From Bacteroides sp. (GTDB taxonomy: Bacteria > Bacteroidota > Bacteroidia > Bacteroidales > Bacteroidaceae), in NCBI GenBank assembly GCA_015060765.1, contig SUXW01000016.1, forward strand, positions 420-64,419: DNA of 64,000 bases, written 5' to 3'. Every line of letters starts with the position of its first letter. The first letter of the stretch is position 1. This document shows, one piece after another, positions 49,812 to 58,790 of the stretch. The notes under the pieces are model-generated. The model did not search any database and was not told the DNA's origin. It saw only the letters and a list, made by a program, of their open reading frames with translations. The translations under genes were made by a program, and so were the position numbers.

Positions 49812-50969
49812 TTAGTTAATAAAAATATGATTATTATTCTCGAGTTCTTGAATATACATTTTATATATCCTTTCATTATATCTGACAGCACTCCGACCAG
49901 CTCCATTAATATTTCCTATATAAAATGATAGCCCCAAGAAGCCGCAAACGCCTGCTACTCCATAGTTTTTGCTTTTAATACTTGTATAAGTAGCATATCC
50001 TAATAAGGAATTAATAATAAATGCCGTTAATGCACTACCCTTGTGATTAGCATATAAATATCCACCACCAGGTATTACTGATAATAATTTAGCTATAAAA
50101 GGACTTTTTTTCTTTTGCTCTTGCATTTTCTTCAAGACCGATAAATTCTTATAATATCGTTCTTTATCGTATTTAAGAAATAACGCCTGCCGAAATATCT
50201 CCATTGCTTCTTGAAATTCTCTTTGATGGGCCTTGATTATACCTTTAAGTAAATAAGATTTTTGCCATTCATTTACTTGGGAATTCTTTTGGATAACTTT
50301 ATCCAAAATACTTAAAGCATCACCATAATTGGAAGTACTATAATACAATAACGCAGCTTGAATATTTACTTTGTCTTCACCCTTTACTAAATCCGGAAAT
50401 TCCGTTTCATATTCAAATATACCCCGTTCCAGTTCATTAATAGCCCTATAACACAATAGTTTTTGTGAGAATAATATAGGATTAGAATTTCGTTTATTAA
50501 ACAACGCCCTTTCTATTTCAATTATAGCATTTTGATAATACTCCTTATTTATAAGATAATTTATAAAAGGAAGTATAGAGTCACCACTATTTGCTATCTT
50601 CAAATTATCAGTATGCGGAAGCGTTTTTCTATTATGAACAATATCTATAGGAGGAGGCATATAATAAGGATAATCTATAGCACTTCTATAACCGTACTGA
50701 TAAGTAACATCATATAATTCACGTTCATGGCTACACCTTATAATCCGATCTGTAAGCAATGTTATAGCTTCCATAAAAGGTTTATCTCTTAGAACCATTT
50801 TTCCATAATTGGAACAAGATGGAAACATTGCACATCTACTATTTTTTTGATTACTAAGCACCTGTTGATAGAAACCAATATATTCATCCGCTGCTTTATT
50901 CTTCAAATATTGAGCCTTGAGATGAGGAAGTATTCCGACAAATAATATGATAAAACAGACCTTATACAT
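49812..50969 (-). CDS. YidD (haemolytic domain)-TPR-TM2 fusion protein
   Basis: FYQQVLS....RCAMFPSCSNY...L..DRIIRC YidD motif; TPR-like helices; KKSPFIAKLLSVIPGGGYLY TM2-like motif. Confidence 0.7.
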   Translation of the reverse strand: MYKVCFIILFVGILPHLKAQYLKNKAADEYIGFYQQVLSNQKNSRCAMFPSCSNYGKMVLRDKPFMEAITLLTDRIIRCSHERELYDVTYQYGYRSAIDYPYYMPPPIDIVHNRKTLPHTDNLKIANSGDSILPFINYLINKEYYQNAIIEIERALFNKRNSNPILFSQKLLCYRAINELERGIFEYETEFPDLVKGEDKVNIQAALLYYSTSNYGDALSILDKVIQKNSQVNEWQKSYLLKGIIKAHQREFQEAMEIFRQALFLKYDKERYYKNLSVLKKMQEQKKKSPFIAKLLSVIPGGGYLYANHKGSALTAFIINSLLGYATYTSIKSKNYGVAGVCGFLGLSFYIGNINGAGRSAVRYNERIYKMYIQELENNNHIFIN

Positions 50970-51343
50970 TACACTTGAATTAACGATATTTTCATTCTTC
51001 TTTTCCCATGTTTCTCCAAAATAAAATACGCTTCTTTTTTGTGAGAAACCTCTTTTATAAATAATTTTGCAATATGTGATTTCTTTCTTTTAGAATAAAA
51101 TTCTCCGTTCATTCCAACATCCCTATAAAATTCTATACATCTTTTAGTTTTGTTGCATGATATATAAGCTACATTATCAATAATAGATATTGAAATTATA
51201 TTATCGGCCTCTTTTTCAATAAGTTTTTCTGCTATTATTTTCAAAATAAAGTTGTTAGATTGTATATATTGTACAACAAAGTCTTCGCCACGCAAAGTCA
51301 TAGGAAACAATATTAGTAGAATGATATAACCTAACTTCTTCAT
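50969..51343 (-). CDS. Hypothetical secreted protein
   Basis: Signal-peptide-like N-terminus; its stop overlaps the next start codon. Confidence 0.6.
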   Translation of the reverse strand: MKKLGYIILLILFPMTLRGEDFVVQYIQSNNFILKIIAEKLIEKEADNIISISIIDNVAYISCNKTKRCIEFYRDVGMNGEFYSKRKKSHIAKLFIKEVSHKKEAYFILEKHGKRRMKISLIQV

Positions 51344-51432
51344 CTATTACATTTTCTACAAATGTAAAAAGAGTTGGAATAGCAGCCTATTATAACACGT
51401 TTACATAATTCTACGATATGTAGAATTATTTT

Positions 51433-51642
51433 CTACAACTCTTTCAAAAATTCTATGTAACAATCAAAGAAATTATAATTTAAAGCTTTAGAAATTTTCA
51501 CAAGTAGAGCCGTATCTATACTTTCTCGCTTAAATATATTATACACATTGGTTCGGTCACAACATAATTTGTTGGCAAGCCAAGAAACGGAACGTCCTTG
51601 ACGATAAAATTCTTCTTCTATAATTTTCCCAATGTGTATCAT
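51433..51642 (-). CDS. XRE/Cro-like helix-turn-helix regulator
   Basis: IHIGKIIEEE...QGRSVSWLANKL.CDRTNVYNIFKRESIDT.LL.KIS.AL..NFF, a typical small Bacteroidales HTH protein. Confidence 0.85.
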   Translation of the reverse strand: MIHIGKIIEEEFYRQGRSVSWLANKLCCDRTNVYNIFKRESIDTALLVKISKALNYNFFDCYIEFLKEL

Positions 51643-51648
51643 GTTAAT

Positions 51649-51812
51649 AAAAAAAGGCGGAACCATTCGTAGCTTATTCTATCTTGAGGAACCGCCAAGC
51701 ACCTTCGCATGTAAATAAGCACAAACAGTCCACGCCCATACGAACGTGAACCTTTATCTGCTTATTCTCACATGCTTTCAAATTGGCGGTTTTCAAGATA
51801 GAGAATAAGAGC
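51649..51812 (-). promoter_or_regulatory. Structured leader/attenuator-like RNA element upstream of the XRE gene
   Basis: Long imperfect rod (51673-51809), plus an alternative stem 51656-51678/51714-51736 ending in U7 six nt before the ATG. Confidence 0.65.
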
Positions 51813-51918
51813 AAAAGCTCAAATATCGTCAATAAGTAATGAATGGAAACACTATTCCAATTGTTTATTCTTTTATAGATTAATAATCTACTTACGTAAA
51901 ACGTAAGTATTTATTTAT

Positions 51919-52398
51919 CTAATATTTTTCAATTAAAACTGTGGCATAGGCCGAAATGCCTTCTTCGCGGCCAGTGAAACCGAGTTTTTCTGTAGTGGTA
52001 GCTTTAATGGACACATCTTCTGCATCCACTTGCATCAAGCGGGCAAGCACCTCTTGCATTTCAGGGATACGGGCCTTCAACTTAGGGCGCTCGGCACATA
52101 CCGTAGCATCGACATTACCTACCCGATAACCTTTCGTAGCTATCAGAGCTACAGTCTTTTCAAGCAGTATCTTACTATCGATGTTCTTGAACTCACCGGC
52201 AGTATCAGGAAAATGATAACCTATATCACGCATATTGGCAGCTCCCAACAAAGCATCGCAAATGGCATGAATCAATACATCGGCATCCGAATGGCCCAAC
52301 AGGCCTAATTCGTGTTCGAACTTAATACCTCCCAACCACAATTCACGTCCGGGCACCAATTGATGCACATCGAATCCAAAGCCTACTCTTATTTTCAT
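51919..52398 (-). CDS. ispF: 2-C-methyl-D-erythritol 2,4-cyclodiphosphate synthase
   Basis: GFGFDVH, GHSDADVLIHA, DIG, KATTTEKLGF. Confidence 0.97.
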   Translation of the reverse strand: MKIRVGFGFDVHQLVPGRELWLGGIKFEHELGLLGHSDADVLIHAICDALLGAANMRDIGYHFPDTAGEFKNIDSKILLEKTVALIATKGYRVGNVDATVCAERPKLKARIPEMQEVLARLMQVDAEDVSIKATTTEKLGFTGREEGISAYATVLIEKY

Positions 52399-53012
52399 CT
52401 TACATAAAAGTCCAATAGTTTTTCACCTTCCAGATACCCTTCCAGATGCTGACCAATGCTGACGGGGCCTACACCTACAGGAGTACCGGTATACAACAAA
52501 TCGCCTATCTTCAATGTATAGAACTGACTGACATAGGCTATGATTTCATCGATCTTGAAAATCATATCACGAGTATTTCCCTGTTGAACCGTATTCCCAT
52601 CGATATTCAAATGGAAATCCAGGTTCTGAACATCCTTGAAACGATTTACGGGAACGAAATCGCCTATGGCCGCCGAATTGTCAAAGCCTTTGCAAAGTTC
52701 CCAAGGCTTGCCTTCGGCACGGAACTTCCGTTGTAAATCGCGGGCTGTAAAGTCGATTCCTACCGTTACCGCATCATAATACCGATGTGCAAACCGGGGA
52801 GCGATATTCTTTCCCAACCGGCAGATCCGTACCACCAATTCTGTTTCGTAATCCATCTGCTTGGAAAAATCGGGTATAAAAAAAGGCTTGCCGTCTTTCA
52901 ACAGAGCCGAATCCGGTTTCAAAAAAATGACCGGTTCTTCCGGCAGTTTCTCATCGGCATGCAATTCATGGCAATGAGCCACATAATTCATACCTATCGC
53001 TATGATTTTCAT
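52395..53012 (-). CDS. Fumarylacetoacetate hydrolase family protein
   Basis: IGMNY..H, FLKPDS, YETEL, DFTARDLQ, KGFD, TGTP.GVG. Confidence 0.93.
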   Translation of the reverse strand: MKIIAIGMNYVAHCHELHADEKLPEEPVIFLKPDSALLKDGKPFFIPDFSKQMDYETELVVRICRLGKNIAPRFAHRYYDAVTVGIDFTARDLQRKFRAEGKPWELCKGFDNSAAIGDFVPVNRFKDVQNLDFHLNIDGNTVQQGNTRDMIFKIDEIIAYVSQFYTLKIGDLLYTGTPVGVGPVSIGQHLEGYLEGEKLLDFYVR

Positions 53013-53017
53013 GACTA

Positions 53018-53671
53018 TTATTCCTGATTAAAGTTCAACCGATTAAACATAACAGCCAAATGGGCATACAACGATGTATTCTGGACAACAATATTCTCGG
53101 GCACACGAATACGGAACGGAGTAAAGTTCCATACAGCCTTGATTCCTCCAGCCACCATCTTGTCCGTAATCTCCTGAGCAATATTGATCGGTACAGTCAG
53201 CACACCAATATTCACATCCCCCGCTTTCATCTTTTCCTCGAATTCATCCGAATGATAAATAGGAATACCATTGATTTCCTGTCCTACCAACTGAGGATTG
53301 ATATCAAAAGCACCGACAATCTCCAAGCCGAAATGCTGCAAACCGGTATCACGAAGCAAGGCACCTCCCAAACTACCGACACCAAACAGATAGGCCTTGT
53401 GCATGTTCGTAAATCCGAGAAAATCTTCCAGCACCTTGATGAGCGCATCAATTTCGTACCCCACACGCGTACGCCCTGCAATCTTCACATACGACAAGTC
53501 TTTTGCCACTTGTGAAGCGTCAATATTTATCTGTCGGGATATTTGAGTAGAGGATACATATTTCTCGCCCCGTTCACGCATCAGCTTTGCATTAGAAAGA
53601 TACCAAGGGAGCCTACGCAAAGTGGGTTCCGGCACTTTATCTGCGATTTTCAATATGGGTGTGTCCGCCAT
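53018..53671 (-). CDS. rex: Redox-sensing transcriptional repressor Rex
   Basis: PEPTLRRLPWY, SQVAKDLS, GVGSLG, WNFTP. Confidence 0.95.
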   Translation of the reverse strand: MADTPILKIADKVPEPTLRRLPWYLSNAKLMRERGEKYVSSTQISRQINIDASQVAKDLSYVKIAGRTRVGYEIDALIKVLEDFLGFTNMHKAYLFGVGSLGGALLRDTGLQHFGLEIVGAFDINPQLVGQEINGIPIYHSDEFEEKMKAGDVNIGVLTVPINIAQEITDKMVAGGIKAVWNFTPFRIRVPENIVVQNTSLYAHLAVMFNRLNFNQE

Positions 53672-53783
53672 TCAGTTAGTATTATATTTATAGTTTCCGC
53701 AAAAATACGTATTTATTCGTAACCACCATCAAAAGAAACACAAAAATGTCGTATATTTGACCATTCATTTAAAAATAATTCAC

Positions 53784-54122
53784 ATGAAAAGAAACGATTG
53801 GAAAGACCGGTTGAATGTTGTATATTCCACCAATCCCGACTTCAATTACGAAAACATAGAGGAGGAAGAAGCCGAAACACTTCCCAAAAACCAGCAGAAA
53901 CTACGCGTCAGCATGGAGAAAAAAGGACGTGGAGGAAAGACGGTCACTCTCGTCAAAGGCTTCATTGGGAAAGAAGACGATCTGAAAGATTTGGGCAAAC
54001 TGCTTAAGACGAAATGTGGTGTGGGTGGTTCCGTAAAAGAAGATGAAATCATCATTCAAGGCGATTTCAAGCAACGCATCACAGAGCTCCTAAAAACCGA
54101 AGGATATACCCAAACAAAATAA
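53784..54122 (+). CDS. SUI1/YciH-like translation initiation factor
   Basis: VYSTNP, KKGRGGKTVTLV, LKTKCGVGGSVK...IIIQGD. Confidence 0.92.
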   Translation: MKRNDWKDRLNVVYSTNPDFNYENIEEEEAETLPKNQQKLRVSMEKKGRGGKTVTLVKGFIGKEDDLKDLGKLLKTKCGVGGSVKEDEIIIQGDFKQRITELLKTEGYTQTK

Positions 54123-54152
54123 AAAGCCGGATTCTAAAATCCGGCTTTTCTT
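54120..54152. terminator. Bidirectional terminator
   Basis: AAAAGCCGGATT...AATCCGGCTTTT. Confidence 0.8.
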
Positions 54153-54166
54153 ATGTTGATGATGCA

Positions 54167-55159
54167 TTATTCTGCACGCAATGTAAAGCGCTTGAATTCC
54201 ACAATCTTCAATTCTGGATCTGCTTCCTTCAATACTTCTCTTACAGTCTTCTTGCCATCCAAGATATCTTCTTGGTTCAACAGACAAACTTCCTTCAAGA
54301 ACTTAGACAAACGACCCTTAGCAATGTTTTGGATCATAGCTTCCGGCAAGTTAGCAGCCTTTTCAGCAGAAACGGTTGCAATGATTTCCTTAGCCTTAGC
54401 TACATCTTCTTCAGTGATCCAACCCTTAGCCTTGTTACTTTCCATGTGGTCTTCGCTGTCTACGTGAGCAGGATTGATACCAGCCTTCTTCAAAGCAGCA
54501 TCAACAGCCTTTTGTACTTGTTCAGCCTTAGTCTTTTCGATAGCTACATTGATTTCAGTCTGCTTGATTTGTTCTGATACGCCGTCTTCGTCAACAGCAA
54601 TCGGATTCATAGCAGCAATCTGCATAGCTACGTTCTTAGCCAACTGAGCATCTACTTCCTTATTGAAAGCAGCAATTGTACAAAGGCCATTCTTGTTCTG
54701 GTGATTATAAATAGATGTTGCTGCACCTTCTACGAAGCAATAGCCATCTAATTCCATCTTTTCACCAGTAATACCGCTACGGTCGGTTACAGCATCCTGT
54801 ACAGTACCGTTACCCATAGGCAAAGCCTTTACTTCTTCCAAGTTCTTGCACTTGTTAGCAACAGCAGCATCCAAGATAGCTTGAGTCAAAGCAACAAAAT
54901 CCGCATTGTTTGCCACGAAGTCAGTTTCGCACTTCAAAGCGATGATAGCTGCGAATTCTCCAGTTGTCTTAGCCAATACACAACCTTCAGAAGCGTCACG
55001 GTCAGAGCGCTTAGCAGCCACAGCTTGACCCTTCTTACGGATGATTTCCATTGCCTTTTCGATATCACCTTCAGCTTCATTCAAAGCATTTTTGCAATCC
55101 ATCATACCAGCACCAGTCATTTTACGGAGCTTGGTAATTTCAGCCATAGTTACAGCCAT
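54167..55159 (-). CDS. tsf: Elongation factor Ts
   Basis: LRKMTGAGMMDCK, CETDFVA. Confidence 0.98.
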   Translation of the reverse strand: MAVTMAEITKLRKMTGAGMMDCKNALNEAEGDIEKAMEIIRKKGQAVAAKRSDRDASEGCVLAKTTGEFAAIIALKCETDFVANNADFVALTQAILDAAVANKCKNLEEVKALPMGNGTVQDAVTDRSGITGEKMELDGYCFVEGAATSIYNHQNKNGLCTIAAFNKEVDAQLAKNVAMQIAAMNPIAVDEDGVSEQIKQTEINVAIEKTKAEQVQKAVDAALKKAGINPAHVDSEDHMESNKAKGWITEEDVAKAKEIIATVSAEKAANLPEAMIQNIAKGRLSKFLKEVCLLNQEDILDGKKTVREVLKEADPELKIVEFKRFTLRAE

Positions 55160-55198
55160 AGTATTTCTTTATTTAATAGTTAATAATAATCAAAACAA

Positions 55199-55276
55199 AA
55201 TTGAGAATTGAGAATTGAAGACCAAGAATCAAGAGCATACCCTTTATTCTCAATTTTCAATTTTCAATTCTCAATT
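55199..55276. repeat. Inverted arrays of heptamer repeats (AATTGA[G/A]) between rpsB and tsf
   Basis: AATTGAG AATTGAG AATTGAA at 55199-55219 versus ATTCTCA ATTTTCA ATTTTCA ATTCTCA ATT at 55246-55276. Confidence 0.85.
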
Positions 55277-55285
55277 ATTTTAGAA

Positions 55286-56122
55286 TTACGCTTCTTCTTC
55301 CTTAATGAAAGCTGCAGCCTTAGAAGCATTGAGTGCTTCTTCTTCTGCCTTTTCCATACGAGCCTTAGTAGTTCTCTTCTTGCCAGTAGCTTTAGGAGCA
55401 TTTTCACCGGCAGCTTCCATATCTACTTTTTCAGCTTTTCTTTCTTCCAAACCTTCAGCCATAGCACCACAACAAGCATCCAAGATTACTTCGATTGACT
55501 TAGTTGCGTCATCATTAGCTGGGATTACGAAATCTACATCTGTAGGATCTGAATTGGTGTCAACGATTGCAAATACAGGAATACCCAAACGGTTAGCTTC
55601 ACGGATTGCAATGTTTTCCTTCAATACGTCAACAACGAACAATGCAGAAGGAAGACGAGTCAAGTCAGCGATAGAGCCCAAGTTCTTTTCCAATTTAGCA
55701 CGTTGACGAGAAATCTGAAGAATTTCTCTCTTAGAGAGGTTAGAATATGTACCATCGCTAGTCAGCTTATCGATAGTAGCCATCTTCTTTACAGCCTTAC
55801 GGATAGTAGGGAAGTTGGTCAACATACCGCCCGGCCAACGTTCGATAACATAAGGCATATTTACAGATGCAGCCTTTTCAGCTACCACCTGCTTAGCTTG
55901 TTTTTTAGTAGCGACAAACAGGACTTTCTTTCCTGATTTTGCGATTTGCTTCAAAGCTTCTGCAGCTTCATCAATCTTAGCAACTGTCTTATGGAGGTCA
56001 ATGATATGAATACCATTGCGTTCCATGAAAATATAAGGAGCCATTGCAGGGTTCCACTTTCTCTTAAGGTGTCCGAAGTGGCAACCGGCTTCCAATAATG
56101 TATCAAAATTTGTTCTTGACAT
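55286..56122 (-). CDS. rpsB: 30S ribosomal protein S2
   Basis: LLEAGCHFGH, WNPAM, RWPGGMLTN, VDTN, PANDD. Confidence 0.98.
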   Translation of the reverse strand: MSRTNFDTLLEAGCHFGHLKRKWNPAMAPYIFMERNGIHIIDLHKTVAKIDEAAEALKQIAKSGKKVLFVATKKQAKQVVAEKAASVNMPYVIERWPGGMLTNFPTIRKAVKKMATIDKLTSDGTYSNLSKREILQISRQRAKLEKNLGSIADLTRLPSALFVVDVLKENIAIREANRLGIPVFAIVDTNSDPTDVDFVIPANDDATKSIEVILDACCGAMAEGLEERKAEKVDMEAAGENAPKATGKKRTTKARMEKAEEEALNASKAAAFIKEEEA

Positions 56123-56254
56123 TTCTTTTAATTTTTAATCGTTTACTTTCTTTTTTGTTTTTCTCAACCAACCATCGGGTAGTCTGCCAATAAAAAGAAT
56201 CCCGGCGGTTTAGATACTAAACGCTTTTTAACCAGTTCGACGTAAAACCGGATA

Positions 56255-56641
56255 TTAACGTTTACTGAACTGGAATCTACGACGTGCTTTCGGTTGACCC
56301 GGTTTCTTACGTTCTACTGCACGTGGGTCACGAGTCATGAAGCCTTCTGCACGAAGAGCCTTCTTGTCATCAGCATTAATCTTCACCAAAGCACGAGCGA
56401 TAGCCAAGCGCAAAGCTTGAGACTGACCTGTGAAACCACCACCGCAAAGATTAACTTTGATGTCATATTTTTCAGCAACTTCCAACTTGTTCAGAGGCTG
56501 CTTTACTACATACTGAAGAATAGTTGATGGAAAGTACTCTGCAAGGTCTCTCTTGTTAATAGTAATCTTTCCTGTACCTTCGCTTACGAATACGCGAGCA
56601 ATTGCGCGCTTACGTCTGCCTAATGCATTAATTACTTCCAT
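56255..56641 (-). CDS. rpsI: 30S ribosomal protein S9
   Basis: GRRK, GGGFTGQ, ERKKPG..KARRRFQFSKR. Confidence 0.98.
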   Translation of the reverse strand: MEVINALGRRKRAIARVFVSEGTGKITINKRDLAEYFPSTILQYVVKQPLNKLEVAEKYDIKVNLCGGGFTGQSQALRLAIARALVKINADDKKALRAEGFMTRDPRAVERKKPGQPKARRRFQFSKR

Positions 56642-56647
56642 TCCTTA

Positions 56648-57109
56648 TTATTTAAGTGTGTTAATATCAATTGACTTAGGGCATTGAGCTTCATGCTTGT
56701 GTTCGTTACCTGCATATACATACAAGTTCTTCAACAACTGAGCACCCAAACGATTTTTCGGGAGCATACCCTTAACGATTTTCTTCAACAGCTTTTCTTC
56801 GCCGTTTACTTTCTTCATCATTTCAGCTGGAGTAGTAGCTCTCTGACCACCAGGATAACCTGTATAGTGCAGGTAAACCTTGTCATTCCACTTATTACCA
56901 GTAAAAACGATCTTGTCTGCATTGATAACAATCACGTTATCGCCACAATCAACATGAGGGGTAAAGCTTGGTTTGTACTTTCCTCTCAACAGTTTCGCAA
57001 CTTTTGAACCGAATCGGCCTGCGACCTGACCGGCTGCATCAACAACAACCCATTCTTTTTGAGCTGTCACCTTGTTTGCAGAAATGGTCTTGTAACTTAA
57101 AGTATCCAC
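56648..57109 (-). CDS. rplM: 50S ribosomal protein L13 (GTG start)
   Basis: VDTLSYKT start, WVVVDA, GKYKPSFTPHVDCGD, HYTGYPGG, GMLPKNRLG. Confidence 0.97.
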   Translation of the reverse strand: MDTLSYKTISANKVTAQKEWVVVDAAGQVAGRFGSKVAKLLRGKYKPSFTPHVDCGDNVIVINADKIVFTGNKWNDKVYLHYTGYPGGQRATTPAEMMKKVNGEEKLLKKIVKGMLPKNRLGAQLLKNLYVYAGNEHKHEAQCPKSIDINTLK

Positions 57110-57149
57110 TCTTAAATCTTTTTTAAATATTACTACTAAAAAACAATTC

Positions 57150-57195
57150 TTCTTTCGCACGCCATCCGTTCCCGGACAAAGAACGATTAACGTAC
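57150..57195 (-). promoter_or_regulatory. Putative L13 ribosomal-protein leader (Bacteroidia type)
   Basis: GC-rich block GTTAATCGTTCTTTGTCCGGGAACGGATGGCGTGCGAAAG within the otherwise AT-rich rplM 5' UTR; recalled family resemblance, not verified. Confidence 0.55.
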
Positions 57196-57237
57196 TAAGA
57201 ATTAAACTTTTATAAACTTTTGACAATAATCGGCTTG

Positions 57238-57268
57238 CAAAGGTACGCCTTTTCTTTGAACTGGCAAA
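57238..57268 (-). promoter_or_regulatory. rplM operon promoter
   Basis: TTTG, 19-nt spacer, TACCTTTG on the - strand. Confidence 0.8.
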
Positions 57269-57330
57269 TATTTTACACGATTTTTTCTTTCAAAGTTCAA
57301 AACGATAAGGCTTTAAATGCACAACAAATG

Positions 57331-57360
57331 AAAAAAGAGAGTGCAACCACTCTCTTTTTT
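57331..57360 (-). terminator. asnS terminator
   Basis: AAAAAAGAGAGTG...CACTCTCTTTTTT. Confidence 0.8.
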
Positions 57361-57366
57361 CATATA

Positions 57367-58770
57367 TTAAAATTCGGCATTTCTTGGAGTTCGGGGGAAT
57401 GGAATCACATCACGGATGTTTGCCATACCTGTAACGAACAACAACAAGCGTTCAAAACCGAGGCCAAAGCCGGCATGCGGGCATGATCCATACTTACGTG
57501 TATCCAAATACCACCACATATCCTTCATCGGGATATTCAATTCCTGAATACGGGCCATCAACTTATCATAACTTTCTTCACGAACACTACCTCCGATGAT
57601 TTCACCGATTTGCGGGAAGAGCACATCGGTACCCTGAACGGTCTTTCCATCTTCGTTTTGCTTCATGTAGAATGCCTTGATTTCCTTCGGATAGTCGATC
57701 ATAATTACCGGCTTCTGGAAATGTTCTTCTACCAAATAGCGTTCATGTTCGCTGGCCAAGTCGCATCCCCAATAAACCGGGAATTCAAACTTCTTACCTT
57801 TCGCCACTGCTTCTTCCAAGATCTTGACACCTTCAGTATAAGGCAAGCGAACGAATTCAGTATTCACCACTTTCTGCAGACGTTCGATCAAGCCCTTGTC
57901 GATCATCTTGTTCAAGAATTCAAGATCATCCTTACAATGATCGAGTGCCCATTGTACACAATACTTGATGAATTCTTCTTCCAAATCCATCAAATCGTGC
58001 AAATCAGCAAAAGCTACTTCTGGTTCCACCATCCAGAACTCAGCCAAGTGGCGTGGAGTATTGGAATTTTCGGCACGGAAAGTCGGGCCGAAAGTATAAA
58101 TAGCACCCAAGGCAGTAGCAGCCAATTCACCTTCCAACTGTCCGGAAACGGTCAAGCTGGCTTGCTTTCCAAAAAAATCATCGTCATAAATGATGCTTCC
58201 ATTTTCGTCTTTCTTCAAATCATAAAGATTCTTGGTCGTTACCTGGAACATTTGACCAGCACCTTCGCAATCAGAAGCGGTAATGATCGGGGTATGGAAA
58301 TAGAAGAGTCCATGGTCATGGAAGAACTGATGAATGGCAATAGCCATGTGATGACGGATACGGAAAACAGCACCGAAAGTATTGGTACGAGGACGCAAGT
58401 GAGCGATTTCGCGAAGGAACTCCATAGAGCATCCCTTCTTCTGCAACGGATAAGTATTGTCGCAACCTCCCAACACTTCGATTTCACGAGCCTGAATTTC
58501 TCCGGCTTGTCCCGAACCGATGGATTCCACCAATTCGCCATTGACGCTGATACATGCACCTGTAGTGATTTGCTTGATCATTTCTTCATCAAAATTGGCA
58601 AGATCCACCACTACTTGTATATTATTAATTGTAGAACCGTCATTCAGAGCAATAAAACTCACTTGTTTGCTACCACGACGGGTACGTACCCAACCCTTTA
58701 CATTAACCATGGTACCCCAATCGCGGAGTTGTAAAAGGTCGGCTATTTTTGTTCTACGAATCTTTTCCAT
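57367..58770 (-). CDS. asnS: Asparagine--tRNA ligase
   Basis: [38 protein letters not shown]. Confidence 0.97.
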   Translation of the reverse strand: MEKIRRTKIADLLQLRDWGTMVNVKGWVRTRRGSKQVSFIALNDGSTINNIQVVVDLANFDEEMIKQITTGACISVNGELVESIGSGQAGEIQAREIEVLGGCDNTYPLQKKGCSMEFLREIAHLRPRTNTFGAVFRIRHHMAIAIHQFFHDHGLFYFHTPIITASDCEGAGQMFQVTTKNLYDLKKDENGSIIYDDDFFGKQASLTVSGQLEGELAATALGAIYTFGPTFRAENSNTPRHLAEFWMVEPEVAFADLHDLMDLEEEFIKYCVQWALDHCKDDLEFLNKMIDKGLIERLQKVVNTEFVRLPYTEGVKILEEAVAKGKKFEFPVYWGCDLASEHERYLVEEHFQKPVIMIDYPKEIKAFYMKQNEDGKTVQGTDVLFPQIGEIIGGSVREESYDKLMARIQELNIPMKDMWWYLDTRKYGSCPHAGFGLGFERLLLFVTGMANIRDVIPFPRTPRNAEF

Positions 58771-58790
58771 ATTCATTTTCCTCATTTATA

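Noticed and set aside
51673-51809. The rod as 6S RNA or SRP RNA
   Set aside because: No clear large central bubble or SRP GGAA-loop motif seen. Its position at an island edge next to a start codon favours a cis element. An Rfam scan would settle it.
57610-58734. 374-aa ORF antisense to asnS
   Set aside because: Shadow ORF produced by codon bias of a conserved gene; no recognisable motifs.
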